Shown here: one piece after another, positions 36,265 through 45,284 of the stretch | How positions within the stretch are numbered: position 1 is the stretch's first letter | Layout: each line of letters opens with the position of its first letter | Source of the DNA: Candidatus Altiarchaeales archaeon ex4484_2 | Lineage (GTDB): Archaea > Altiarchaeota > Altiarchaeia > IMC4 > QMZM01 | Assembly (NCBI GenBank): GCA_002254565.1 | Contig: NJEG01000001.1 | Location: forward strand, 1 to 58,645 | Reading direction: 5' to 3' | DNA: 58,645 nt | Notes under the pieces: generated by a model | What the model was told of the DNA's origin: nothing | The model's input: only the letters and a program-made list of their open reading frames with translations | The model's database searches: none | Translations under genes and position numbers: made by a program

Positions 36265-37617
36265 ATGCATGATTTGGTGGTTATCGGTGGGGGGGGCGCT
36301 GGCTTGACGTCAGCACTTACAGCTAAGAAACTGAACTGGGATGCTAATATAACCATTATATCTAAAGACGAGCTCTCATATTCACCCTGCTCTCTGCCCT
36401 TCGTGTTAAGCGGTGAAATCCAGTCCTTTGATGCCATAGGCCATGACCTGAAAAACATATGCGAGAACTCCCACATCAACTGTATTATAGACAAGGCCGT
36501 GGAGATAGACCTAGAAGAGAAAAGGGTTTCCACCAGAAAAGAGGGTGATTTCCCGTTCAAGTCACTGGTTATTGCCACAGGCGGAAGACCAAGGAAACTT
36601 GACGTTGACGGCAGCGACCTTAAGGGCATCTACACCCTGCAGAACATAGAGGACGGGAAGAAGATTCTGGAGAAAGCCACTGATTCAAAAAAGGCTGTTG
36701 TTGTGGGAGGTGGTGCTGTTGGCGTGGAAACAGCTGCCGCTCTCAGGAAGAGAGGGCTTGAGGTGTCCATAGTCGAAATGTGCGATCAGTTGTTTGGTCA
36801 CTGCTTTGATCAGAGCTACTCTGGCATAATAAAAAAGACCCTGGAGGATGAGGGTATCACTATACTGACCGGCAAGTCAACTGACGGATTCATGGGAGAT
36901 AAGTGGGTGGATTCCGTTAACGTTGGGGGAAAAGATGTTCCAGCGGATTTCGTTGTTGTGGGTGTTGGTTTAATACCCAACGGTGAGCTGGCTGAGAAGG
37001 CAGGGATAAAGACGTTCAAGGGAGCTATCCAGGTAGACGGCTGGATGCAGACGAACGTAGACGGGGTTTACGCCGCTGGAGACTGTGTATTAACACATTC
37101 ACTCATAACAGGCCAGCCAATTTGCTCGCAGCTGGGTACATCAGCTAGCAGGCAGGGTAAAATTGCCGGCTCAAACGCAGTAGGCTGCTACGCCGCAATG
37201 GAGGGGGTCCTTAACTCCATGGTGTTGAAGCTTTTCGATATGGAGATTGGCCGTACCGGGTTGACCGAATCAGATGCTAGATGTATGGAGATCCCCATCA
37301 TTTCCGGGAAGGTTAAGACAACCACCAAACCACAGTATTTCCCTGGAGCGGAGGATTTATATGTGAAGCTGGTTTTCAAAGAAATCAACAGGCAGATTAT
37401 AGGAGCCCAGATTGTTGGCAGCGGAGAGGGTGTAGCGGACAAGATTGATTTATGCGCTTATGCCATACAAAAAAATTCCACCATAGACGACCTCATGAAG
37501 TTGAAGTATTGTTATACACCCCCGCTAGCCCCCATAAACAACGCCATAGTGGATGCTGCAGAGAATGCCTACAGAAAGATAACCCGATTACGGGAGGTTA
37601 GAAGAAGAAAGTTCTAG
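36265..37617 (+). CDS. FAD-dependent pyridine nucleotide-disulfide oxidoreductase, CoA-disulfide reductase / NADH oxidase / persulfide reductase type
   Basis: 450 aa with the FAD fold VVIGGGGAGLTSA, a single redox Cys context SYSPCSLPFV and the NAD fold VVVGGGAVGVETA. Confidence 0.8.
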   Translation: MHDLVVIGGGGAGLTSALTAKKLNWDANITIISKDELSYSPCSLPFVLSGEIQSFDAIGHDLKNICENSHINCIIDKAVEIDLEEKRVSTRKEGDFPFKSLVIATGGRPRKLDVDGSDLKGIYTLQNIEDGKKILEKATDSKKAVVVGGGAVGVETAAALRKRGLEVSIVEMCDQLFGHCFDQSYSGIIKKTLEDEGITILTGKSTDGFMGDKWVDSVNVGGKDVPADFVVVGVGLIPNGELAEKAGIKTFKGAIQVDGWMQTNVDGVYAAGDCVLTHSLITGQPICSQLGTSASRQGKIAGSNAVGCYAAMEGVLNSMVLKLFDMEIGRTGLTESDARCMEIPIISGKVKTTTKPQYFPGAEDLYVKLVFKEINRQIIGAQIVGSGEGVADKIDLCAYAIQKNSTIDDLMKLKYCYTPPLAPINNAIVDAAENAYRKITRLREVRRRKF

Positions 37618-38078
37618 CTACCCTTTACTGTGAGATACATCTCTGAGGTGATTTCTTTTTTACCATACACCGCATGAATGTTTACCCCATAGCTGCCCGC
37701 GTATTCCGCATCAACGTTTATTTTGAACGGTATGTTCCTGCTTTCTCCGGGACCGATTATTATGCTCTTTTGCACCGCCAGCTCCCCAGCGGAGTTGAAG
37801 GATAATTCCCTGCTCTTAGCTGACATCCCCAGGGTCAGGTTATATTCATCATCCCCCAAATTCATCAACTCCACCCAAGCAGTGCTTTCATCCGAGAGTC
37901 CTACTGTGTTCGGATCCAGCCAGGCGCGCATCTTTATTTCCCCCTCACCCTGGTATTTAGGGTCCAGGGGGTTGCCCAGCAACAGGAAGGCTACGACAAC
38001 CAACACAACCAGCGAACCGAATACGACATTCCAACGCACCCTCTTGAGGGTGTCCATAGCAGTGGCCTTCAACTTCAT
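37614..38078 (-). CDS. membrane-anchored extracytoplasmic protein, unknown function
   Basis: 154 aa with one N-terminal TM and a beta-rich domain. It converges on the previous gene; the two stops overlap (CTAG). Confidence 0.5.
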   Translation of the reverse strand: MKLKATAMDTLKRVRWNVVFGSLVVLVVVAFLLLGNPLDPKYQGEGEIKMRAWLDPNTVGLSDESTAWVELMNLGDDEYNLTLGMSAKSRELSFNSAGELAVQKSIIIGPGESRNIPFKINVDAEYAGSYGVNIHAVYGKKEITSEMYLTVKGS

Positions 38079-38122
38079 TCTATTCCCGTAAGAAATATTA
38101 CGTCAACACGATATAAAATCCT

Positions 38123-39382
38123 TTAGGTTCTGGAAACCACATCTAAGGCCACCTCTCCAGCATTCTCCAGTATCTCCTCCTCTCCTTCGACCCGGCCCTC
38201 CCGCATCAAAATCCTTCCATTGCAGATTACAGTATCAACGCAGGAACCATTAGCTGAATACACCAGATTAGAGATCAGGTTATGTTGGGGTGTTAATGCA
38301 GCCTTCTTTAAATCAACCAGGACTATATCAGCCAGTTTACCCTCCTCTATTTTACCGGCCTTGATCCTTAAAGAGGATGCACCCCCCAAGGTAGCCATCT
38401 TAAACGCTTTCTTGGCCGGCAAAGCGGTTGGGTCATTGCTGAAGGCCTTCTGTCCCACGGCAGCGAACTTCATCTCCTCCAGCAGGTCCAGGTTGTTGTT
38501 GGAGGCGCAACCGTCCGTACCCAATGAAACAACAACCCCCGAGGCCTTCAAGTCCCTGTAATTGAAAAAGGAACCAACAGACAGTTTCATGTTCGAGACC
38601 GGGTTGTGGGAGACCTTCACACCATACCTGGCAAGGACTTCCATCTCCTCCCTGCTAAGCCAGACGCAGTGTGCGGCAATCAGGCGGTCGCATAGAAACC
38701 CGATATCCTGCAGGTATTCCACTGGGTACTTGCCATGTTTCTCCATACAATCCCTGCTTTCTTTTTCTGTCTCAGCCAGGTGGAAGTGAATCAATAAATC
38801 CCTTTCATCAGAGTATTCCCTGAACCATCTAAGGCTCTCCTCTGAAACAGTATAGAGTGAATGCGGTCCGAGAGCTGCCTTGATTCTATCGTTACCCATT
38901 GACTCCACGTACTCAACGAAGTCCATTGTTTTTTTCCTGGATTCATCGGCTTTTTCTTCATCGAAGAGGTCTATGAATGCCTCAGCCAGGAAAGCCCTTA
39001 AACCCATATCATCCACCGCTCTAGCGGTTCCCTTCATGAACCAGTACTGGTCGTTGAAGCATGTAGTTCCTGACTTAATCATCTCCAGGCAAGCCAGTTT
39101 GGAGCCCCAGTACACATCTTCCTCCGTGAGTTTCACCTCCACAGGCCAGATTTTCTCCTCAAGCCATTCATGTAGTAACATATCATCCCCAAAACCCCTG
39201 AACAAGGTCATCGCAGAATGCGTATGGGTATTGATTAAACCAGGGATGGCTGCCATATTGCTGCCGTCTATTACCTCACCATCCCTTGAACCATCAGAGC
39301 ATAATGAGCCTATCCTGTTCCCGTCTACGTAAATGTTTTTTCTCTCACCCTCAAGCCAAACATTCTCTATTAAGATAGTCAT
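38123..39382 (-). CDS. mtaD: 5'-methylthioadenosine/S-adenosylhomocysteine deaminase (amidohydrolase)
   Basis: 419 aa with metal motif GLINTHTHSAM followed by LHEWLEEKIWP, HFHLAET and GTDGCASNN. Confidence 0.85.
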   Translation of the reverse strand: MTILIENVWLEGERKNIYVDGNRIGSLCSDGSRDGEVIDGSNMAAIPGLINTHTHSAMTLFRGFGDDMLLHEWLEEKIWPVEVKLTEEDVYWGSKLACLEMIKSGTTCFNDQYWFMKGTARAVDDMGLRAFLAEAFIDLFDEEKADESRKKTMDFVEYVESMGNDRIKAALGPHSLYTVSEESLRWFREYSDERDLLIHFHLAETEKESRDCMEKHGKYPVEYLQDIGFLCDRLIAAHCVWLSREEMEVLARYGVKVSHNPVSNMKLSVGSFFNYRDLKASGVVVSLGTDGCASNNNLDLLEEMKFAAVGQKAFSNDPTALPAKKAFKMATLGGASSLRIKAGKIEEGKLADIVLVDLKKAALTPQHNLISNLVYSANGSCVDTVICNGRILMREGRVEGEEEILENAGEVALDVVSRT

Positions 39383-39383
39383 C

Positions 39384-40346
39384 CTAAATCATTCCTCCAT
39401 TCTCAAAGAAGTTTAGATTAAGCTCAAAAATCAAAAACAACACATAAAGGAGTATTAAGGCCACACCCTCCTGCCAGAGTATATGCCCCTCAGCTTCCAC
39501 GAATGTCATGAACAGGAAGGCTACAACAACAAGGAAAAAAGCCGAGGTCATGAATATCATAGGGTCTGCAGTTATGGGGCAGATTATTGAGGTCACACCC
39601 AGCACAAGAGAAGAGTTGAGTATAACAGAACCAATCAAGTCCCCCAGAGCCATGTACTGGTGTTTCATGAAGATGGCCCGGGTCTCGAAGGTCAGCTCAG
39701 GCAGTGTTGTGCCAAATGATAACATAAGCAACCCAACCAGTATTGGAGGGACCATCAGGTATTTCTCTGCTATAATCCTGGAGGCGTCCACAACAATATT
39801 AGCGCTCACGTAGAGCAGGCAGACGCATACAATAGCCATGAAGATACCGACGTATAGTTCCCTCTTGTTCTCGCACAACAGCCTATCTCTGAAACGCCTC
39901 TCCTGATTGAACAACCGCCACAGGTACATGACGAAAGAACCTAAAAGGATTAAGCCATCGTATCTCGATAATTCACCGTCCAGAAACAAGGCCAAAGGCA
40001 GTAAAGCTATAAGGAACATGTAGACGCTATCTGTCTTAACGGTCTTGGTCTCGATCTTTATACCTCTCCGTAGGATAGCTATTATACCAACAATCAGGGT
40101 TAGATCAATTATGTTAGCTCCAATAACGTTACCCAGGGAGAGAGACGGAACACCGTCAAAAGCCGAGTTTATGCCAATAATCAATTCCGGCAGGGAGGTG
40201 GCCATTGCCACAACCATAAAACCTATTGTGAACTCGTTCATGTTAAGGCATATGGCTATCTTGCTCAATCCCTTAACCAGATACTCAGAGCTGATAACCA
40301 ATAAAACAAAGCCAAACAACAGAAAACCCAGAGTCTCTAAAAACAT
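39384..40346 (-). CDS. Ca2+/cation antiporter (CaCA, YrbG-like)
   Basis: 320 aa with two alpha-repeat motifs, ATSLPELIIG and GTTLPELTFE. Confidence 0.85.
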   Translation of the reverse strand: MFLETLGFLLFGFVLLVISSEYLVKGLSKIAICLNMNEFTIGFMVVAMATSLPELIIGINSAFDGVPSLSLGNVIGANIIDLTLIVGIIAILRRGIKIETKTVKTDSVYMFLIALLPLALFLDGELSRYDGLILLGSFVMYLWRLFNQERRFRDRLLCENKRELYVGIFMAIVCVCLLYVSANIVVDASRIIAEKYLMVPPILVGLLMLSFGTTLPELTFETRAIFMKHQYMALGDLIGSVILNSSLVLGVTSIICPITADPMIFMTSAFFLVVVAFLFMTFVEAEGHILWQEGVALILLYVLFLIFELNLNFFENGGMI

Positions 40347-41038
40347 TTCAACCCCTCAACCACCAAATCCAAGAGCTCATGCAGGCTGTCTCTGCCCGTG
40401 GAGGCCTTCCCCATCACATCCACATAATCTAGTTCCTCATCCACTAGACCGTGAGCGTAATTATCCACAGTGCATAATGCAGCGTACCTGAGTCCTAACT
40501 CGCAGGCAAGGGTAGCCTCCGAGGCCATGGTCATCCCCACCACCTCAGCGTAATCCCTCAGAAACCTGATCTCTGCCCGGGTCTCCAGTCGAGGCCCAGT
40601 AGTCTGGAAATATGTGCCCCCAGATACGACCTCCAGACCAAGCTCTCCTGCCTTCTCCACCATAAGCCTTCCCATATCTTTATCCATAACAGGTGTTATG
40701 TGTATAACATCCCTGTTGAAATATGTGGGAATATCCCAAAAAGAGATGTAGTCATCTGGCACCACCAGTTGCCCGGGTTTAATCTCCTCCCTGAGACTGC
40801 CTACAGAGTACACGCCCACCAGATGAGAAACTCCCTCGCTCTCTAAGGCGACTATGTTGGCTTTATGATTTATCCTGTGGGGGGGGATACTCCCATTCCA
40901 TCCGTGCCTGGGTACGTAAACCCAGCCCTCACCCTTCATCACCAGAACCCTACCGTGTTTGTTCTCCATATCCCTGCTCTTCCCTTTCATGTACCTGGAG
41001 TTCAGCAGGGAGGTCCCTCCAATTAATCCAGCAACCAT
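40337..41038 (-). CDS. MTAP-family purine nucleoside phosphorylase (short form)
   Basis: 233 aa with PRHG...PPHRINHKANI, VGMTMASEA and a PNP/MTAP-like layout. It is shorter than typical MTAP. Confidence 0.7.
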   Translation of the reverse strand: MVAGLIGGTSLLNSRYMKGKSRDMENKHGRVLVMKGEGWVYVPRHGWNGSIPPHRINHKANIVALESEGVSHLVGVYSVGSLREEIKPGQLVVPDDYISFWDIPTYFNRDVIHITPVMDKDMGRLMVEKAGELGLEVVSGGTYFQTTGPRLETRAEIRFLRDYAEVVGMTMASEATLACELGLRYAALCTVDNYAHGLVDEELDYVDVMGKASTGRDSLHELLDLVVEGLKCF

Positions 41039-41072
41039 ATACTTAAGAATTTAGTCTTGAGAGAATATATAA

Positions 41073-42152
41073 TTATTCCCGCAGCAGCCTCACATTCCGG
41101 CTTCTACCCCGTTTGCCCTTAGGGTATTCAGTCTCTATAAGTTTCTTGCTTTCCAGCTCCTTTATAAGCTGGTTGTATCTCTTTATCCCTGAACCGGTTT
41201 CCTCCCTGAAGAGCTCGTAGATTCTGCCTGAAGACCTGTTATCGTTTACCTCTACGATTTGGAGAAGCTTTTTTCCCCCTGATGAGAGCTTCCCCCCTCG
41301 GGCCTTAGGCGATGATATCTTCGAGAACACCTCCATGAGGTGCTCCTCAGTTATACTCCTGGATGAATCATTTTCCGCTAAGAGAGCGCTTCTCCGCAAT
41401 AAATCAATGCCAAAGCGAAGATCTCCTTTCTTGTGGGTGAAGTCCACGACAGACTCTAGAATCTCCTCCGGAACAACATCCCTGTAGAACCCATACCTGA
41501 CCCTGTATTCGAGGATGTCTCTAATCTCTTCCCGGCAGTAGGGTCGGAAATGGATGAGGGATGGGTTGAACACACTCCTGGCCTTCTCACTTAACTGTGC
41601 TATGTGCTCCTTTTCTATCATAATCCCTATGACACCAACCCGATCGAAGTCGTAGCTTACGTGGGCCTTCAAAAGGTCAATCAAAACAGCCTCCACGTTC
41701 TTGTTCAAAAAAAGCCGGTCTAGCTCATCTAATGCCACGACAAGACTCCTATCCTCCTTTTTTAGTCTGCCGTATACTCTCTCTTTCACATCCTCAAGAG
41801 GTTTACCTGTGCTGGGGGGAGGGAACCCATAAAGAGATTCATATATTTTTGCGAATATGGCATAGGGTGTGGAATAGTCCTCGCAGTTGATGTAGACTGT
41901 AGCTAGCTTGCCACTGGATTCCTTGATCTGCTGGAAGAGGTATCTCACAGCTGTTGTTTTCCCTGTGCCAGCCGGGCCGTGGATGAGAGTATTCACCGGA
42001 TTCACCCCCCTTAACCCCGGCTTGAGAGAAAAAGCCAGCTCCTTTGTTTCACTGTCCCTGTGCATGAAGTCTGCAGGGATGTGGTTTGGGGTGAAGATCG
42101 TCTCGTCCCGGAATAGTGTCTCTTCACTTAGAAGAATGTCTTTGATTTCCAT
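41073..42152 (-). CDS. cdc6: Orc1/Cdc6 replication initiator
   Basis: 359 aa with an AAA+ domain (HGPAGTGKTT; Walker B VVALDELD) and a C-terminal winged helix. Confidence 0.9.
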   Translation of the reverse strand: MEIKDILLSEETLFRDETIFTPNHIPADFMHRDSETKELAFSLKPGLRGVNPVNTLIHGPAGTGKTTAVRYLFQQIKESSGKLATVYINCEDYSTPYAIFAKIYESLYGFPPPSTGKPLEDVKERVYGRLKKEDRSLVVALDELDRLFLNKNVEAVLIDLLKAHVSYDFDRVGVIGIMIEKEHIAQLSEKARSVFNPSLIHFRPYCREEIRDILEYRVRYGFYRDVVPEEILESVVDFTHKKGDLRFGIDLLRRSALLAENDSSRSITEEHLMEVFSKISSPKARGGKLSSGGKKLLQIVEVNDNRSSGRIYELFREETGSGIKRYNQLIKELESKKLIETEYPKGKRGRSRNVRLLRE

Positions 42153-42155
42153 ATT

Positions 42156-42344
42156 CTATCTGTTAATAGAATAAGGAATAAAAGAAAAAAATACTGGTTC
42201 CTTGCTTCTCTGATCTAGTTTCACCGTCTTGGGTCTGAAGCCCATGTTCCTGTGGACGTATTCTTTTTCTGTTACTCCCAGGTATTCCCATATGTCTCGT
42301 CCTTTAGGTATCTTTGGGCATTCAGCTACTTTTGGGTATATCAT
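42156..42344 (-). CDS. small ORF (62 aa) immediately upstream of orc1/cdc6; may be spurious
   Basis: Its stop is 3 nt from the cdc6 start. No motif recognised. It occupies what could instead be origin or promoter DNA. Confidence 0.25.
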   Translation of the reverse strand: MIYPKVAECPKIPKGRDIWEYLGVTEKEYVHRNMGFRPKTVKLDQRSKEPVFFSFIPYSINR

Positions 42345-42528
42345 TTCTTGTACCTCCCCCAGTTAGTATCTGGGATTATCTTTATCCCAGGTGCGTTAAA
42401 TAAGGGTTGTCCTAGAGTGCGGGGGAAAAGTAACACCCACCCCCTCGCTATCTCAATATAGCGCAATATATATCGCGCAGAACAGATATAAATACCTGAC
42501 TATATAGATTATCTATGAGCTATATAGA
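42345..42528. other. repeat-rich, partly AT-rich intergenic region upstream of orc1/cdc6 (candidate origin/regulatory DNA)
   Basis: It contains a hairpin ctgggat-N7-atcccag (42370-42390) and a near-palindrome gcgcaatatatatcgcgc (42461-42478). A direct repeat ctatatagatNatcta occurs at 42500-42515 and 42520-42535. Confidence 0.3.
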
Positions 42529-42993
42529 TCATCTAATTTTTTTCCTGAAAAGAAGCCAATTATTTTCCCCAGGGAATCTAGCGGACGATTTCATCTTTAT
42601 CAAAACGTAAGGGCTGTTTATTTTCTCTCCATGAGGTGTGAATACTATCTCGTCATCACCCCACTTATTTATCTCAAGAGTTCCCTTATCCCATATCTTA
42701 ACACTACCGGCGCCGTATTCGCCTTTGGGAATAGTCCCCTCAAAGCCCGCATAGCCCAGGGGGTGGTCTTCTGTCTTAACAGCCATCCGCTTAACCCCCA
42801 CATCTAGAGGCACACCCTTAGGCACAGCCCAGCTCTTTAAAACCCCATCTCTCTCAAGGCGCAAATCATAGTGTAACCTGCGTGAATCATGCCTCTGAAC
42901 AACAAAAATCTTCACATCTCTTTTTTCTACGCCGCCTTTGGGTTCGCTGGTCTTTTTGAAATCTCTTTTTTTCTGATACTCCTCCAAGGCCAT
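42529..42993 (-). CDS. stand-alone LigD-type 3'-phosphoesterase (PE) domain protein
   Basis: KKRDFKKTSEPKG, FVVQRHDSRRLHYDLRLE, SWAVPKG and EDHPLGY are the hallmark LigD-PE motifs. I start the gene at ATG 42993 (MALEEYQKK); the 27-codon upstream extension in the track is hydrophobic and non-homologous. Confidence 0.8.
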   Translation of the reverse strand: MALEEYQKKRDFKKTSEPKGGVEKRDVKIFVVQRHDSRRLHYDLRLERDGVLKSWAVPKGVPLDVGVKRMAVKTEDHPLGYAGFEGTIPKGEYGAGSVKIWDKGTLEINKWGDDEIVFTPHGEKINSPYVLIKMKSSARFPGENNWLLFRKKIR

Positions 42994-43038
42994 ATCATCA
43001 CACCAAACATTAAATAATAGTAAAACTATGAATATATT

Positions 43039-43806
43039 ATGGATTTGACAATCGCCCAAATCTCGGACATACACGTCGGACAGATAAACTTCCTACCAGA
43101 GAAATTGGATGCGGCCATAGACGAAATCAATTCACTGGACCCTGATCTCGTGATACTAAGCGGCGATATTACCATGATGGGTTTCAAAGATGAATACATT
43201 GAAGCAAAGAAATACGTGGATAAAATAGACAAGAGGGTCCTGGTCATACCGGGAAATCATGACGTCCGCTACATGGGACACATCTACTTCCAGAAATATT
43301 TCGGAAGAAGGGAGTGGGTTCATAAGTTCTCTGATGAGCTTTGTATCATTGGATTAGATACATCGCTCCCTGATCTGGATGAGGGTAGTCTGGGCAGGGG
43401 TAAACAGAAATGGCTTAGAAGGAAGCTGAATGGGATATCTAATTCCTGCTGCAAGATTGTTGTAATGCACCACCACCTCGTTCCCGTACCGATGACAGGG
43501 AGGGAGAGAGCGGTTCTAAGCGACGCAGGAGATGTCCTTGACATTCTGACACAGGGAGGAGTTGATTTATGTCTTAGCGGACACAGACACACACCATACG
43601 CGTGGATTGTCAACAACACCGCTGTTGTCACCGCCGGCTCCACATCCACCAAGAAGGTTAGGGCCACCATCAACCAAAGCTACAACATAATAAGATTAAC
43701 CGATGAACACATCAGGGTGGAGAAAAAGGATGTCTCGGGCGATAAGAAGCTGATGGCTGAATACAACAAAATCAAAGGCAAAAACTATGTCATAACAAAG
43801 AGTTAA
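43039..43806 (+). CDS. calcineurin-like metallophosphoesterase
   Basis: 255 aa with ISDIHVG, SGDIT, GNHD, MHHH and GHRH motifs in canonical order. Confidence 0.85.
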   Translation: MDLTIAQISDIHVGQINFLPEKLDAAIDEINSLDPDLVILSGDITMMGFKDEYIEAKKYVDKIDKRVLVIPGNHDVRYMGHIYFQKYFGRREWVHKFSDELCIIGLDTSLPDLDEGSLGRGKQKWLRRKLNGISNSCCKIVVMHHHLVPVPMTGRERAVLSDAGDVLDILTQGGVDLCLSGHRHTPYAWIVNNTAVVTAGSTSTKKVRATINQSYNIIRLTDEHIRVEKKDVSGDKKLMAEYNKIKGKNYVITKS

Positions 43807-43820
43807 TCCACGCCCACAAT

Positions 43821-44156
43821 TCAATAGTCGAAGATATGTTTAATCCCTTTACGCCTGTGTTTCTTCTCTTTACCGGACCAGATAAAAAGGTACCAGTAGA
43901 CTGGCATCGTGAAGATACTCCCTAAAAGAAGCATGGCAACCCACATAATCTTTCTTTTAACAAGCCTGGTTTGATATAAGTCAACGAAATAGAAGATAAG
44001 CAGGGAAAACACCCACACTACGAAAACCGGAGGGTATGCATAGAAGACTGTAGCTGACTGAGGTATGAAACCAAATACCACCACATAGATAAAATAAATT
44101 AATGGCATAATACTCAATAAACCCATGATTATTCTGATATTCTCTTCCATAGTCAA
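43821..44156 (-). CDS. small membrane protein
   Basis: 111 aa with 3 TM helices and a basic C-terminus. It overlaps the dapF stop by 4 nt. Confidence 0.5.
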   Translation of the reverse strand: MTMEENIRIIMGLLSIMPLIYFIYVVVFGFIPQSATVFYAYPPVFVVWVFSLLIFYFVDLYQTRLVKRKIMWVAMLLLGSIFTMPVYWYLFIWSGKEKKHRRKGIKHIFDY

Positions 44157-45013
44157 TACACTGGGAATTCCCCCCTGAAGACCTCCAAAGCAGGCCCTTT
44201 TAGATAAATATGCTCTCCAATGAATTCAACAATTAAGTCCCCTCCCCTGGCATGGAAGATTATTTTTTTATTCCTGTCTGCTTTATTGTTCACTACCGCC
44301 GCCATAGCAGAGGCGCATATACCTGTTCCGCATGCCAGCGTCTCACCTTCCACACCCCTCTCATAGGTCCTAATACGAAACTCATTAACCCCCACATCTT
44401 CAACGAAATGTACGTTAACACCCTCAGGGAAAATCAGGCTATGATTTCTTATCTCTTCCCCCGCCCGAGGGAGGTCTACATCATCGACGTCATCACAGAA
44501 CAATACGGCATGGGGGTTGCCCATTCCCACGGCAGTAATCTGGTAGCTAACACCCTCAATCTCTACCTCCTCATCTATGAACCTGGCCTCTGGCTCCCCG
44601 GAAACAGGAATGTCTATCCTCTCTAATCGGGGAACACCCATGTCCACCTTCACCTGGCTTACCCGCTCACCGGAAAGCGAAAGCTCCAACTCCAACAAAC
44701 CCACACCAGTTTCTGCCACTATGGGGTTTTTCCGGACTAAGCCTGACTCGTAGACGTATTTAGCGAAACACCTTATGCCGTTACCGCATAATTCAGCTCT
44801 TGAGCCATCAGGGTTATAAAAGACGAATCTGGCATCTGCTTTATCTGTTTTTTGGATGAATACCACGCCATCGGAGCCTACACCAAAACGCCGATCCGAG
44901 ATTTTAGAAACCAGGGAGGTCTTCTCCGGATCCGGCACAACAATACCGTTGTATTCGTCTATAAGGATAAAGTCGTTGCCTGCGCCCTGCATTTTTACGA
45001 AAGATATCTTCAT
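44153..45013 (-). CDS. dapF: diaminopimelate epimerase
   Basis: MKISFVKMQGAGNDFILID, with catalytic Cys contexts CGNGIRCF and ACGTG. A start at ATG 45013 removes an 11-codon non-homologous extension and the overlap with the next gene. Confidence 0.9.
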   Translation of the reverse strand: MKISFVKMQGAGNDFILIDEYNGIVVPDPEKTSLVSKISDRRFGVGSDGVVFIQKTDKADARFVFYNPDGSRAELCGNGIRCFAKYVYESGLVRKNPIVAETGVGLLELELSLSGERVSQVKVDMGVPRLERIDIPVSGEPEARFIDEEVEIEGVSYQITAVGMGNPHAVLFCDDVDDVDLPRAGEEIRNHSLIFPEGVNVHFVEDVGVNEFRIRTYERGVEGETLACGTGICASAMAAVVNNKADRNKKIIFHARGGDLIVEFIGEHIYLKGPALEVFRGEFPVY

Positions 45014-45014
45014 T

Positions 45015-45278
45015 TTATACCAGCACGTGCAAAAACCCCGCCACAATCAGTAGGAGCACCCCCCATAGGCCTCCTACGGCAACAACCAGCAGGGTGAATA
45101 GATTGATAGGTATGCTTACCAGACCCAGGGTGGAGAGCACGTATATGGTCACCAGACCCAGAACCGAGTTAAACAACAGGTATTTTAATGCCTTACCTAT
45201 TTTCTTCAGGAGCTTGAATAATAGCACAGCCCCAAATAAGGCCAGCACCAAAACCATAAGCTGAGTTAACGGGTTCAT
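45015..45278 (-). CDS. BofA-like small membrane protein
   Basis: 87 aa with 3 TM helices. The pattern KALKYLLFNSVLGLV...IPINLFTLLVVAVGGLWGVLL resembles the BofA family. Confidence 0.45.
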   Translation of the reverse strand: MNPLTQLMVLVLALFGAVLLFKLLKKIGKALKYLLFNSVLGLVTIYVLSTLGLVSIPINLFTLLVVAVGGLWGVLLLIVAGFLHVLV

Positions 45279-45284
45279 TCTTTC

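Noticed and set aside
42500-42535. Direct repeats checked as a possible CRISPR array. The other short repeats in the window were checked in the same way.
   Set aside because: There are only two 16-bp copies with a 4-bp spacer. No repeat-spacer periodicity or cas genes occur anywhere in the window.
42994-43074. N-terminal extensions of the LigD-PE ORF here, and likewise of dapF (45014-45046).
   Set aside because: The extensions are non-homologous and hydrophobic, and they would overlap neighbouring genes or promoters. The internal ATGs coincide with the conserved family N-termini.
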